A DNA stretch of 63,646 nucleotides, counting the filler, from Octopus bimaculoides (taxonomy: Eukaryota): NCBI RefSeq assembly GCF_001194135.2. It is 6 parts of 6 records of this genome, joined end to end, with 100 filler letters (N's around TTAATTAATTAA, not from the genome) between each part and the next. Parts side by side here need not be neighbours in the genome. Positions count along the whole stretch, not along the records: positions 21,498 to 40,101 come from NC_068984.1; positions 40,202 to 46,932 come from NC_069005.1; positions 47,033 to 54,013 come from NC_068999.1; 3 more parts are not named here. One strand, given 5' to 3'. Below the pieces are notes generated by a model. That model saw nothing but the letters and a program-made list of their open reading frames with translations. It was not told where the DNA came from and did no database searches. Below are positions 35,614 to 49,490 of this stretch, piece after piece; position 1 is the stretch's first letter; each line of letters begins with the position of its first letter. A program made the position numbers and the translations under genes.

Positions 35614-35950
35614 CATGTATGTATATTTACATGAAGTATGTATATATCTACGTATCTATCAGTCCCTGTCCGTATACATATACATCTACATATGTGCATA
35701 CATGGATACTGATATATAAATAAATATATATATATATATATATACACCTCATATACACGCGCGCGCGCACACATGCACGCACGTAGATATGTGTATCTTT
35801 GTCACCATCTTTGACTCTGTAACGTCTATATGCGTACAAAAACGCATATAAGTCTATACGTGCGCATGTATATATGTATGTGTATGTATGTGTGTATGTA
35901 TGTATGCATGTATGCATGTATGCATGTGTGCATGTATGTACGTATGCAAG

Positions 35951-36032
<82 letters not shown>

Positions 36033-36790
36033 ATATTATATATATATATATATATATGAAGAAATTGTTAATAATATATTAACAATATATATACATACAT
36101 ATATATATGTATACATTTATACACACGCATATATGTATTTATACGTATGTGTGTGTGTGTCTGTGTGTGTCTGTGTGTATGTGTGTATGTGTACGTGCGT
36201 GCGTGTGCGCGCGCGAGTTGATTTTAATAACCATGATTAAAACTGAGATATTATGTTATCGTGATGTTTTTATGTCTCAGTTTTCAATTGTAGTTAAGCG
36301 TGCCTGAATGTGCATAAATGCATATACACACTCATACGTTTATGCATGCATTACATACATACAACCATATCTATATATATATGTATATATATATGATATT
36401 CTGGGATTTAAGTGAATGAATATGTTTGGCTTGTATAGTGTCAGCTTTAAGATTGTTGTTACGAAAGGTTTACTATATTAGTTGAATATTCGGCGTTTCA
36501 CTGCATTAATGATGGCCCCGATATAGGGTCTAGTGGTCTCTCTTGCTGTAACAAGGCACTGATATATATATATATATGTATATATATGTATCTGTGTGTG
36601 TGTGTGAGAGAGAGAGAAGGAGAGCGACAGAGAGACAGAAATAAATAGATAGATAGCGTAAGGGGAATATATAGAACTTGGCACTTTACTGTATGCGTGT
36701 GTATTTACGTATACTTGTATACGCATGTGTTTGTATGTATTAATGAACATGCTTTGCTTTGGTGTGCATTGATATAAATGTGTGTACAGG

Positions 36791-36828
<38 letters not shown>

Positions 36829-36851
36829 ACACACACACACACACCTCTATC

Positions 36852-36888
<37 letters not shown>

Positions 36889-37452
36889 TCACATTTATAC
36901 GTTGTTAAATATATATGTATGTCTATATATATGTGTGTGTGTGTGTATTTATGTGCATGTGTGAGTGTATGTGCACCTACTTACAATCCTACCCAGCTGC
37001 ATGTAGTGACAAACTATGCACATGCACCATTCACTGCACACATATGGCGTATTTTGTGTTGTTTTCTCGTATTCATGACGAAATACACCAACGCGCTCGC
37101 ATATAATTCACTTACATACACACACACAAACCAAGGAATGCTCGCGCACGCACATACACGCTGGCACACACAAACACACATATTCATTCATACATGCATA
37201 CATGCACACATACATACACACATACATACAAACAAAAATTCAGAGAAAGAGTAAGATAGGCAGACACATTCGCACACTTGTGTGTATGGTGCCTGCATTG
37301 TGCATATGTGCATATGTGCATATATGTGACAACACATACTCATGTTTTGAGTTCTACTTTTGCTGTTTGCGTCACCAAACCAACACATATTTATAAGTAT
37401 ATATATAGATATTAATATTTCTAAATCTCTCTAAAGGAGACTACAGTATATA

Positions 37453-37512
<60 letters not shown>

Positions 37513-37760
37513 TACATATATATATGGTAAATATATATATATATGTATGTATATATATATATATTTGCACACATACACATACACACATATATATACACAG
37601 ATGTGTGTGTTTGTGTGTGTGTGTGTGTTTGTGTGCGTGAATGTATGTATGAATGTATGTGGGTGTGTGCGCATATATGTAATGATATATGTATGTGTAG
37701 GTGTGTATCTCTGTATATGCGTGTGGGTGTTGTATTCCATTTGCAGGCATACCGCTGTAA
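34340..37760. repeat. Compound TA/TG/CA microsatellite and cryptic GGGTATATGTGTGT minisatellite field
   Basis: Near-continuous purine-pyrimidine alternation. All ORFs here are H/T/Y/I or C/V/M low-complexity artefacts. Confidence 0.85.
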
Positions 37761-39029
37761 ATATGTCACTAGTATACCCTGGGTATTGAAAGCACGTGTG
37801 CTGAAAATATTATTCTTTTGAGAATGTCAAATAATGGAAGGCATATGTTTTTCTCTGTGCTTAATGCATTTTAAATGTTAATATGATTAATATGTCATGT
37901 TTAAACATCATATTTTTCATATTGTATTTAGAGTAAATACAGTTAATGACGCTTGTTGAATGTCATAGATTTTACGTCATAAGTTTGATGTTCTACGATT
38001 AATATCATATCTATAATCTTAATATGTTGTACGTCATATATTTAAGGTGTGTTTTGTGTTGCGTGTTAATGTCATATGTTTTATGTGATATACTTAAAAT
38101 CATCTTTATTTGATATATTTACTGTTATATGTTGAACATCGTATATCTAGTGTGCTATGCATAACGTCACCCACTTAAAATGATGTATTTAATGTAATAA
38201 ATTTAATGTCAAATTTCAGATATGCTCAACATCAGATCTTTAGTTTTATACGTTTAGTGGCACATTGAAAGCTTTATGGCTAATGATACGTTGCTTGGTT
38301 GGGACGTGATTAATAAAGATGATTTCTTTAACGTCTTATATCTAACATCGACTATTTCACGTCACCTTCAGTTGCAGAGATAGACATGTCGTTAAGTAGT
38401 TTGTGTTGAGCGACATATGTCAAGGTTCGATCGCGCTGCACGGCATCCGAGACAAATGTATTTTTCTAATTACTTCGAGTTTAACAATAAATTTTTGATA
38501 GACGGAAACGTCCGGATGGATGGAATTTAATTAATCCATTGGCAAACCAATGTACATAATGTACTAAGTACACTGCTGGATATTCAACCATTACTCAACG
38601 GTCGTTCCCTTAACCCTTTTCCTGCCCAAAACATTTTCATAAGTTTGTCCTTAACACCCATTCTTTGTTTTAGATTTTTTGTTAGCCCCTGTTTCATACG
38701 TTCTGAATAATATAAGGCTTTCCTTTCATAAGTCACAAGTTACTCCGGTGGTTGATAAAAGTTTGGGATGTGTATCATATATAATGCATGTTAATATTTT
38801 ATGTGATATACTTAATATCATGTTTATTTGATATATGTACTGTTGTAGGCGTAGGCGTGACTGTTTGGTAAGAAGCTTGCTTCCCAACCACATGGTTCTA
38901 GTTTCAGTCCAACTGTGTGGCATCTTGAGCAAGTGTCTTCTACTTTAGCCGCCGGCCGAACAAACCCTTCTGAGTGGATTTGGTAGACGGAAACTGAAAA
39001 GAAGCCCGTCGCAGCATATATGTGTGTGT

Positions 39030-39075
<46 letters not shown>

Positions 39076-39100
39076 GAGTGTGTGTGTATATATACATATA

Positions 39101-39981
39101 CGAGGTCAGATCAATAAGTATCCGGACTGTTGCCATGGTAACGACGCTAAAGCGTGTAGATTGAAGCTGCTTGGCAAAGATTGATCTTGAACTCTGCTGT
39201 GCTTGCACACTAAGTTTTAATGTACTAGTTCACTTCCGCTGTTTACAGCAGTGCTTGGCAGGAAGGTGTGTAGCGTGTGATCGTCCCACTGACCATGACA
39301 GAGAAAGTTATCATGGTGATACTTGCTCAGAGGCCTATGCAATGCTGCAGATAGTGTATGGAGAGGAATGTATAAGCCGCACGCATGTGTACAAGTGGTC
39401 CAGACGTTTCCAAGATGGTTGAAAAAATGTCGATATTGACGAACGTTCTGGGAGACCCGCAACCAGCAGAACTGAGTAAAACATCGTAGATATGCGTGCA
39501 GCTGTGAGGGGAAATCGTCGAATTACCATCTGTGAGTTATCAGAGGGTGTGCAGATTAGTTACGGTTGAGTTCAGTTCATTATCACTGAAGATTTGGGTA
39601 TGAGACGCGTGTCTGCCAAACTTCTGCCAAAACTGCTTTCAGCTGATCAAAAAGACACTCAAGTTTAAGTTGCATAAGATCTTGATTGTGTCGAGAACGA
39701 TGAAAATGTTTTTAAAACTTTGCGTAGGTATCGCCAAGCTTCTGGCAAAATTTGATGCAGTTTCTCTGCTCAACTTTTTCCATCATGGTCAATGTGACGA
39801 TTACACGCTACACACGTTTCCCTCGAAGCCCTTCTGTAAACAACAGAAGTGAGCTAGAACGTCAAAACTTAGAGCGCATGCATAGCAGAGTTCAAGATCA
39901 ATCTCTGCCAAGCGACTTTACTCCACGTGCTATAGCTTCGTTACTATGGTAACAGTCTGGATACTTACTGATCAGACCACG
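39101..39981 (+). mobile_element. Mariner derivative with about 210-bp inverted ends and only the N-terminal transposase region
   Basis: TA|CGAGGTCAGATCAATAAGTATCCGGACTGT ... ACAGTCTGGATACTTACTGATCAGACCACG|TA. Frame GDTCSEAYAMLQIVYGEECISRTHVYKWSRRFQDG...RSGRP...RRVSAKLLPKLL. Confidence 0.92.
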
Positions 39982-40647
39982 TATATATATTTATATATAA
40001 TAAAATCTATCTATCTATCTATCTATTATTTAAAAGCAGCAGAAATCTATCTATCTGTCTATCTATCTATCTATCTGTCTATCTATCTATATGCATATAT
40101 ANNNNNNNNNNNNNNNNNNNNNNNNNNNNNNNNNNNNNNNNNNNNTTAATTAATTAANNNNNNNNNNNNNNNNNNNNNNNNNNNNNNNNNNNNNNNNNNN
40201 NCTCCTCCCCATCCCCTCCCCATCCTACAGATGGCTGTATTGTTCGGATGGTATCAAGTACGGTGATGTCGTCAGGGTGAACGAAACCAGATATACTACA
40301 GTTAGGATAGAACCTAGTATGGTGTTGTTGTTAGCATAGTACCTAGTACGTGATGTAGTTAAGGTGGTATCAGCTACAGCGACGGTATTAGGGTAGCATA
40401 ATTTATGGTGATGTTGTTAGATGGGCACTTAGATAACCAACTGTACTTGAACACTTAACTGGAAACAGTCAAGTCTTCCTAGCGAGCAGTAAATACTGCC
40501 ATATACTGATATATAGTAACATTGAGAATTAACGAGTCAGCACGTTTCGATGATTAGGTCATATTATATAACAATGGTTTACTAAAATTAGACTTATATG
40601 AGATGTGTCATACATCTACTTCGTACCGTATATACTCTCTCGTTTAC

Positions 40648-40853
40648 TCTTTTACCTGTTTCAGTCATTTGACTGCGGCCATGTTGGAGCACCGCCTTTA
40701 GTCGAACAAATCAACGCCAGGACTTATTCTTTGGAAGCCTAGTACTTATTCTATCGTTCTCTTTTGCCGAACTGCTAAGTTACGGGGACATAAACACACC
40801 AGCATCGGTTGTCAAGCGATGTTGGGGGGACAAACACAGACACACAAACATAT

Positions 40854-40900
<47 letters not shown>

Positions 40901-41040
40901 TACGACGGGCTTCTTTCAGTTTCCGTCTGCCAAATCCACTCACAAGGCTTTGGTCGGCTCGAGGCTATAGTAGAAGACACTTGCCCAAGGTGCCACGCAG
41001 TGGGACTGAACCCAGAACCATGTGGTTGGTAAGCAAGCTA
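40648..41040 (-). mobile_element. OK-like SINE, near full length
   Basis: Same family as 8008-8432, with CpGs retained. Confidence 0.85.
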
Positions 41041-41489
41041 AAATCTGAGTAGGCATGGGTATGTGCTTAAGTCGTTCACTTCGTAGCCAAATAATTTCAG
41101 GGTGAGTCCCACTGCTCTATTGCTTCAATTCTGTGTATGTACATATATTTATTTATTGGTGACATTCACCAATAGTTTCTCCCTTTGTTTTGAAGCGCCA
41201 TTTTCTATCATTTACAGAACTGCCTGGCATTTTTGACCACACGGGTATGCTAGTTATATATAACTGGTAATCCCACTGGTGGATATTTGATGCAAGATTC
41301 TAAAATATTTTCCCTCTCACCTCGCCGCTTCAATATATACCACTATGACACTCACTATTATAGAAGCACTCTCTACTACAACACTAACTACAGCAACCAC
41401 CTCACTACAGCACTCATCTTTCCAACACTGCTCAGCGCATACACTATTACGACACTACTCCGACATACACCGTTACGACAATCCCTGAC

Positions 41490-41781
41490 TGGCACTCCGT
41501 CGCTTACGACGACGAGGATTCCAGTTGATCCGATCAACGGAACAGCTTGCTCGTGAAATTAACGTGCAAGTGGCCGAGCACTCCACAGACACGTGTACCC
41601 TTAACGTAGTTCTCGGGGGATATTCAACGTGACACAGTGCGACAAGGCTGACCCTTTGAATTACAGGCACAACAGAAACAGGAAGAAAGAGTGAGAGAAA
41701 GTTGTGGTGGAAGAGTACAGCAGGGTTCGCCACCATCCCCTGCCGGAGCCTCGTGGAGCTTTTAGGTGTTTTCGCTCAATA
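41490..41781 (-). mobile_element. Long-body tRNA-SINE, homologue of 4141-4605
   Basis: Reverse-complement match; runs into a gap. Confidence 0.85.
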
Positions 41782-44539
41782 NNNNNNNNNNNNNNNNNNN
41801 NNNNNNNNNNNNNNNNNNNNNNNNNNNNNNNNNNNNNNNNNNNNNNNNNNNNNNNNNNNNNNNNNNNNNNNNNNNNNNNNNNNNNNNNNNNNNNNNNNNN
41901 NNNNNNNNNNNNNNNNNNNNNNNNNNNNNNNNNNNNNNNNNNNNNNNNNNNNNNNNNNNNNNNNNNNNNNNNNNNNNNNNNNNNNNNNNNNNNNNNNNNN
42001 NNNNNNNNNNNNNNNNNNNNNNNNNNNNNNNNNNNNNNNNNNNNNNNNNNNNNNNNNNNNNNNNNNNNNNNNNNNNNNNNNNNNNNNNNNNNNNNNNNNN
42101 NNNNNNNNNNNNNNNNNNNNNNNNNNNNNNNNNNNNNNNNNNNNNNNNNNNNNNNNNNNNNNNNNNNNNNNNNNNNNNNNNNNNNNNNNNNNNNNNNNNN
42201 NNNNNNNNNNNNNNNNNNNNNNNNNNNNNNNNNNNNNNNNNNNNNNNNNNNNNNNNNNNNNNNNNNNNNNNNNNNNNNNNNNNNNNNNNNNNNNNNNNNN
42301 NNNNNNNNNNNNNNNNNNNNNNNNNNNNNNNNNNNNNNNNNNNNNNNNNNNNNNNNNNNNNNNNNNNNNNNNNNNNNNNNNNNNNNNNNNNNNNNNNNNN
42401 NNNNNNNNNNNNNNNNNNNNNNNNNNNNNNNNNNNNNNNNNNNNNNNNNNNNNNNNNNNNNNNNNNNNNNNNNNNNNNNNNNNNNNNNNNNNNNNNNNNN
42501 NNNNNNNNNNNNNNNNNNNNNNNNNNNNNNNNNNNNNNNNNNNNNNNNNNNNNNNNNNNNNNNNNNNNNNNNNNNNNNNNNNNNNNNNNNNNNNNNNNNN
42601 NNNNNNNNNNNNNNNNNNNNNNNNNNNNNNNNNNNNNNNNNNNNNNNNNNNNNNNNNNNNNNNNNNNNNNNNNNNNNNNNNNNNNNNNNNNNNNNNNNNN
42701 NNNNNNNNNNNNNNNNNNNNNNNNNNNNNNNNNNNNNNNNNNNNNNNNNNNNCAGTGTGTGATCTAATAAAGATATTTTCAATAGGATTTTATTACAATG
42801 TTTATAGGCAAGAGAAGAAGAAAGAGAAATAATAATCATGCCAGTTTATATTATACTTCCAAATTCAATAAACTGTTTAAAACGAAACTTACGACGATGA
42901 CTTGAAGGAAGAGGAAGTGCTGATGATATTCAGCTAAATATACTTTATGGTTCACATCACCATAGTTACTTGGTTGAGATTTTCACAAAATTCGTTATTT
43001 TTATGATAGATAATTTTCTGAAAAATTTAAAAGCTAATAAAACAAAACTAAAACAGAAAAAACAAAAAAAAACTTTTCAGTCAGTAGGACATCTAATTGA
43101 ACAATAAGCATTCTGTAAAGAGGTTTCAAGTACAAAATAAGACTACATAAGTGGCATAAAATGCACTGAAAAAACAAAACAAAGCAAAATTTTAAAAAAA
43201 TCAACAAAACAATACCCCCTACCCCACAAAAAAAACAAAAAAAAACAAAGGTCAATATATTAAGCCGCGTGACAAAGAAAAAAGTTTCGGACGTAGAATG
43301 ATTCTTAAAATAGTTCGGATATAGGATCTTTTTCAAGATACCGAATAAAGAAACTACAAAAATGAAATTAAAAAAAAAAATGTCCGTGAACCATTTCAGC
43401 GAAACATGGTAGCAATGGGCAACAGAATGAGTGGTTAGTTGATTCCGCAAATTCCGTTTTTCATATTATGTAAATGGAGACAATCATAATCAGTGTTTGC
43501 AATATTTTGCGATAGAAATATCAATATATGAATTAAGAATTTAAAGAATAACAGAGCAGAATTGTAAAATTACACCAATAATAAGAGGAAAACAAACTCC
43601 CCTAGAGTTAATTAATGGTTTCAAATTTTGCTACAAGTGCTTTGGTCGGCCAGAGGCTATATTAGAAGACACTGGCCAAAGGTGCCAGTGCAGTGGGACT
43701 GAACCCGGAACCAAGTGGTTGGGAAGTAAGTTTCTTACCACACAGCCATGCCATATGTTTTATGTATTTTTGTCCGATTATATTTCTATTTTTTCGATGC
43801 CAAATAGTTTTAGCAAAATATTCACACATAAAGTAGGCGAGTCGGCAGAACTGTTAGCACACCCGACAAAATACTTAGCGGCATTTCGTCAGACTTTACA
43901 TTCTGAGTTCAAATCCCGCCTAGGTCGGTATTGCCTTTCATCTTTTCAGGGTCGATAAAATAAGCTGCAGTTGAACCCAGGTCGCTGTAATCGGCTTAGT
44001 CCCTCCCCACGAACTTGCTGGCCTTGTGCCAAAATTTGAAACCAATATATGTACACATTGTGGAGGCGCGTGGCTTAGTGGTTAGGGTGTTGGACTCATG
44101 ATCGTAAGACCGTGGCTACGATTCCTGGACCGGACGATGCGTTGTGTTCTTGAGCAAAATACTTCATTTCACGTTGCTCCAGTCCACTGGCAAAAATGAG
44201 TAATCTTGTGATGGATCGGCGTTGAACCCTGGAAACTAGATCCCGGGGAACCCGGGGAACCGGCCCTTATGAATCTGGCATGGCTCGAGAAGGAAACGTT
44301 ATTTTATATGCACACATTAGCTGCCTTCATCAGCAGTTTAAAACAGAACAGCATCAGAAAAATATTTGTTTATACACCTTTGTCTTGTCATTGTAGCAGA
44401 TTGAAACCAGAACTTATCATTACCAGTCAGAATGTTGTGAATTCATAAATAATCTCTTTGAGTAAGACTTTGCAGTAATGTTCACAACAATAGAAATTTA
44501 AGCTTTAAAAAATCTTAAAGTTGAAACTTACCATATAAT

Positions 44540-44940
44540 TTGTTATTTCTTTATTGCCCTAGAGGGGACAAACAAGGACAGACAAAAGGATTAAGTCGAT
44601 TACATCGATCCAGTGAGTAACTGGTACTTAATTTATCGACCCCGAAAAAGGATGAAAGGCAAATTCAACCTCCGTGGAATTTGAATTCAGAACGTAACAG
44701 CAGACGAAATACCTATTTCGTTATTGCCCACAAGGGGCTAAACATAGAGGGAACAAACAAGAACAGACGAACGGATTAAGTCGATTACATCGACCCCAGT
44801 GCGTAACTGGTACTTAATTTATCGACCCCGAAAGGCAAAGTCGACCTCGGCGGAATTTGAACTCAGAACGTAACGGCAGACGAAATACTGCTAAGCATTT
44901 CACCCGGCGTGTTAACGTTTCTGCCAGCTCGCCGCCTTCG
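44540..44940 (-). mobile_element. Two tandem Deu/Nin-core SINEs
   Basis: Two copies of TTTCTTTATTGCCC..AAGGGG..AAAC...TTTATCGACCCCGAAAG. Confidence 0.85.
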
Positions 44941-45494
44941 AACTTACTGTATAATTTGTACTGATTAAGTATTTACCAGCGAAAAACAGACCTATATTCA
45001 GTCGAAAATATATAATGTGAAATATAATATATAATACAAATGTATGTGTGCGTGCGTGCGCATATATGTATGTATGTATGGATGTATGTATGTATGTATG
45101 TATGCTACACTTTCCAACTTCGAAGATACAGAGAAAGCGACTAGAGGTCATTGAATAAAGAAAATACGCTGCAGCTTCGAGGCAGTCTGAGATTTGATCA
45201 GTCACCTCTAGGTGAAGAAGTCTAATGCTAAAAGACTTGAAACACCCACTAAGATCACATGAACATCACTGGTGATGCATTCCAGAGCAACCGAGTGAAT
45301 TGGGAATGATATACAGGGACAAAATAATGCAAAACACCATTTTTTATTTATTTTGTTCTGTTGAAAATATGACAAATTCAAAGCTGTTCTAGTTTGTTTA
45401 CTTGTGTTTTCATATGCATTACGTATGCCTTATAATTTATGATATAGTCTTCTGGTTTTCTGTTTTTGAAGACATCCATGTTTAGATAAATTAA

Positions 45495-45615
45495 AAAGCG
45501 TGGCTTCTTTGATTTCCTAAGAGGAGAAATTGTTGGAGTGAAGATGGCTGGAGCTTCAGTCTTTAAACCTTCTAAATTGCTTACTATTTTGAGAGATACG
45601 GTTTCTGCAATAATA
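45495..45615 (+). pseudogene. Decayed Tc1 transposase N-terminus
   Basis: DFLRGEIVGVKMAGASV, similar to the 23641 and 49734 copies. Confidence 0.55.
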
Positions 45616-45959
45616 TTCTGCGGCGTGAAAATCGTGTCCCTAAAGAGGTGCTCCGTTTAAATAAACTTTATTCTCAAAGATATTTATCAAATATTCATCC
45701 TCATTCATCATCAGAAAGTAATGTTTGAATACATACACACATATAGACATTACATACACACGTAAACATACATATGATGGAAGTTGATTCAGTAATAAAT
45801 GTTACTGTAGGTTCCACTGAGTTGGGAAGGAGAAAGAAATGACTTTTTAACCCAACTGATTATCTGCAGCTTTTAACACAGCTACCATATAAATGCTTGT
45901 AGTTAAATGCAATGTAGAATTTTGACATTTGACATTGCGTGCAGACATTTTCAGACCCA

Positions 45960-46440
45960 CTGATAGAAAAATGACATTTTTTCAATGATTGACAGACATA
46001 TGTTCTTTCAGTTGTCAAAAATTTATTAACTGGCTTCGGTTCATGTACTCAAATTTAAACTTAGATCGACAAACTCAGTCACGAGTTGATCATTTGAAGT
46101 ATTTTTTTTTTGTGTGCAAGGGATTCCTTTCATTGCGTCACATTTCAATCTTGTGAAATTTATTGCAGCATTCTTCAAAATGTTTGAACGTATTCAGCAC
46201 ATTTTCTGCTCATGATGGCCTAGCAAGTGTAATAATTTCCCAGTTCCACGTAAATATTCCCCTTCTCCAGAGAGTATTACAGGCAATCAATCTATCTTAA
46301 CTTCGGTTTGCAAGGATCTCTTTTATCGGAACACAATTCTTCTTAGGAATTCTCCAAATCGTCTACGTTGTTTGAGATATCATCAACTTACTTCATTTTA
46401 CCATTTTCAGCACCACTAGTGTACCTTTACTCTGCTATTA
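45960..46440 (-). pseudogene. Possible highly decayed pogo/Tigger transposase relic
   Basis: Only short motif resemblances (KRDPCKPKL, SQLINFD) across many stops. Confidence 0.22.
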
Positions 46441-46787
46441 TAATTCCTTTTACACCAAAAATGATTTAAAGAAATATTCTATCAATCTCAATACGTTACA
46501 GTAACATTATTTTATTGAGCTCGGAATTATGAACAGCAAAGTTGACTTCGACATCATTTAAACTCAGAACATAAACGATCGTAGCTAAATACCCCGACTG
46601 TCTAACACTTCTTTCAATTCATCGCCTATATATTATATATCTGGAAACATGGGATAGTAATTAAGAATAAATTATTGAAATTACCAGCTATAATATCAAT
46701 CTGTTCAATGAGCCGATCCTGAGGAGCCATACTCGAACACAGACAGACACACACTGAAACGTACACTTACACACGCGCATACGTCTG

Positions 46788-46868
<81 letters not shown>

Positions 46869-46893
46869 TTGTCTATCTATCTATGTATGTATG

Positions 46894-46932
<39 letters not shown>

Positions 46933-47032
46933 NNNNNNNNNNNNNNNNNNNNNNNNNNNNNNNNNNNNNNNNNNNNTTAATTAATTAANNNNNNNNNNNN
47001 NNNNNNNNNNNNNNNNNNNNNNNNNNNNNNNN

Positions 47033-47227
47033 ACCCTATCGAAAGCTTTTGATTGATCCAAATTGATTAGTGCCCCACCCATGGCAGGTTCCTTAACTAC
47101 CCTGTCCATGATGTAGCGGATCAGATGGAGGTTGTCAAGGATACTCCTACCCGGCACGGCGCACGTCTGCGCCCTGTCGACTAGTTTCTCGATGACAAGC
47201 GCCAACCTCTCGTCTAACACTTTGGCC

Positions 47228-47232
<5 letters not shown>
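47033..47232 (-). mobile_element. Tx1/L1-clade reverse transcriptase fragment (uninterrupted, cut by a linker)
   Basis: ILAKVLDERLALVIEKLVDRAQTCAVPGRSILDNLHLIRYIMDRV...GGALINLDQSKAFDR covers RT domains 1-3 with the QxxxVPGRxIxDN and LDQxKAFDR motifs. Confidence 0.92.
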
Positions 47233-47267
<35 letters not shown>

Positions 47268-47278
47268 GAGATAGATAA

Positions 47279-47322
<44 letters not shown>

Positions 47323-47959
47323 TGAGAGAGAGAGAGGAAAAGTGAGAGGGAGAGAGAAGGAGAATCTCCCTTCCTATTCACCATTCATTTATTTATTTAG
47401 TCAGTTATTATATTACAAATGGGTTTAAAGAAGGTGACTTCTTCAAAAACCAAAAAGTGGTGGTGTGGTCATCCCTGAAAGTCCTTTGCTTTCTTTCTCT
47501 CTTCCCCCTATGTTCTACCCTTCTTTCTTTTCTCTTTTCTTCCTTTTTTTCTTTTCTTTCTTTCTTTTTTCTTTGTCTTTCTTTTTCTTCTCTTTGAGTT
47601 ATGTTTTGAATTCAAAATGTACGGTCTCTGCTTTTCTTTGAAAAATTCAATTTTGGAGAGAATTTTTTGATGAATTGTAGTTCTGAACATGTGTAGAGTT
47701 GAGCCACATTTGGAATAAAAAGTGCAAACTCTCCGCTTTACTTTCAAACATTCAATTTAGGAGAGAATCCCTTCATGGAGTGTGTGTGTATGTGTGTGAG
47801 TGAGTGTGTGTGTGTGTGAGCGTGAGTGTGTGTGTGTGTGTGTGAGTGTTTGTGTGCGTGTTTGGGTCCACTCCATGTTTGTACTGTGTAACTCCGATGT
47901 TTTGCATTGAAAAACAAAATCACGCTTCTTTTAATTTCATGTTTTTGCATTTGACAACA

Positions 47960-49490
47960 TTAGTATAACACTTACAAACTAGAAAAACGCCCAAAGCTCA
48001 GAACATCTCAATGCTAAAATCTCCTATCTCTGGATTCTTTTACTAAGAATTTTGATTCATTCTCTGATTTTAATTTTGCCCTTCTAAGGTGTTTTTTTAA
48101 GATTTTTTGGTTGACGTCTGCTATTCCGTAAGGTGTTTCTTTTTTCAATCAGATTTTTTTCATTTTGGGGCTTTGTAGGAGCATAGGTAAGTTCGATTTT
48201 CTGGCATGAAAGATGTTCATTTTATCAGGACTGTGTGTGTTAACGAACGGAATCGTGTTTTCATTAATGTTTTCCTTAGGTGTCCGTAGGGTGATGTTCA
48301 GTTTCATCAGCTTTTTAATTCCCTCATTAATTAATCCTACGGAGTATTTCTGCACTGCGAGGAGACTTTGAAGTTCGTTGAGTCGGATTTCACGTATTTG
48401 GGGGAAGTAACTATAGCACAGATGCGTCTTGTCATGCTGTATCGGATGTTTCTTTTGATGTGTGATGGATGGCTAGAGTTGAAATTACGGGTTGGTGGTT
48501 GTCTGTATGTTATTTGTCTTGCATGTTTTTTTTTCCTTTGTATTTATCCATCTATTCTGTGTGAAATTATGGTTTAATGGATGACTTCTATATTTCATGT
48601 GTTGCCTATTTGCAGTATTATGTATTGTAGAATATGAATTTCTAGTCTGTACTTGGGGTGAGATGGAGGTCATTTCCGCTTATGCTTTTGGGTAATTAGA
48701 GGTTTGATAATTTAGTCCGGTTCTTCCAGGGTTAGTGTGTTTCTTTGTTTTCAATTTGCTCGTATTTTTGGTCGTTGTGGTTTCGTTTTCATAATGGATA
48801 TTTCTCTCTATTTTTTTTTTTGGCGTAGTCAGTGAACCACTCTTGTTTTTTCCCACATTTCTATGAATGTATTCTTCTTCCTGCTTTGTGTCTTCTTTCC
48901 ATAGATTTTGATGTTATTCATGACATTGCTTGTCACTCCGCTGAGTGATTTCAGCAAACATTACTGCATCAATTGTTTCTAGTTTCTCTTCACTTCGTAT
49001 TTTTCGTGATTGCAGAAGACCGATTTCTGCTTCTAATCGGCATAAAGGTAAATTCGCACGTATCGTTGTCTCTTGTAGTGATTCACTTCTTATATCTTTA
49101 CGAAGAAATTTTCTGGTCAGGATTAGGTTTTCTTTACTTCGCCAATTCTGGTAGGCGTTGGCTATATTGTTGCATCGAATACTTTTCCAGTATGGATGTT
49201 TCCTTTGATTAAGAAGTTTCTTCCAGAGATGCGGTTTTAGGTGATTTTGCTGTATATCAATCCTTACTATTTTCTTGTTTGTCTCTCGTTAGATCCCCTT
49301 GTTTATAGGTATCATTCACAGTTTTATCTGCACTGCTGACGATTGTGTCAAGTCTTGAGATAAGTAAATTCAAATTATTAGATATTTCTGTGCGAAGTTC
49401 TGTATTTTTGGTGTTTCTCGGCTGCGAGTTTGATTCTGATCCATTCATTCTGGTGTCTTGTACATCCAAGGAGATATGTGTAGAGTATCG
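47960..49490 (-). mobile_element. Decayed, internally deleted Penelope-like element
   Basis: Frameshifted TDNHQ..NFNSSHPSHIKRNIRYSMTRRICAIV..IREIRLNELQSLL..QKYSVGLINEGIKK..TIPFVNTHSP, the Penelope thumb motif HPxHxKxNI. Most of the RT core is missing. Confidence 0.85.

Noticed and set aside
41661-42839. Long ORFs of 330-390 aa (also at 5.3, 24.1, 29.9, 56.8 and 59.5 kb)
   Set aside because: They span N gaps.
45205-45250. Second hammerhead-like string GTGAAGAAGTCT...AGACTTGAAAC
   Set aside because: Lacks C3, has no GUH cleavage triplet, and stems I and III do not pair.
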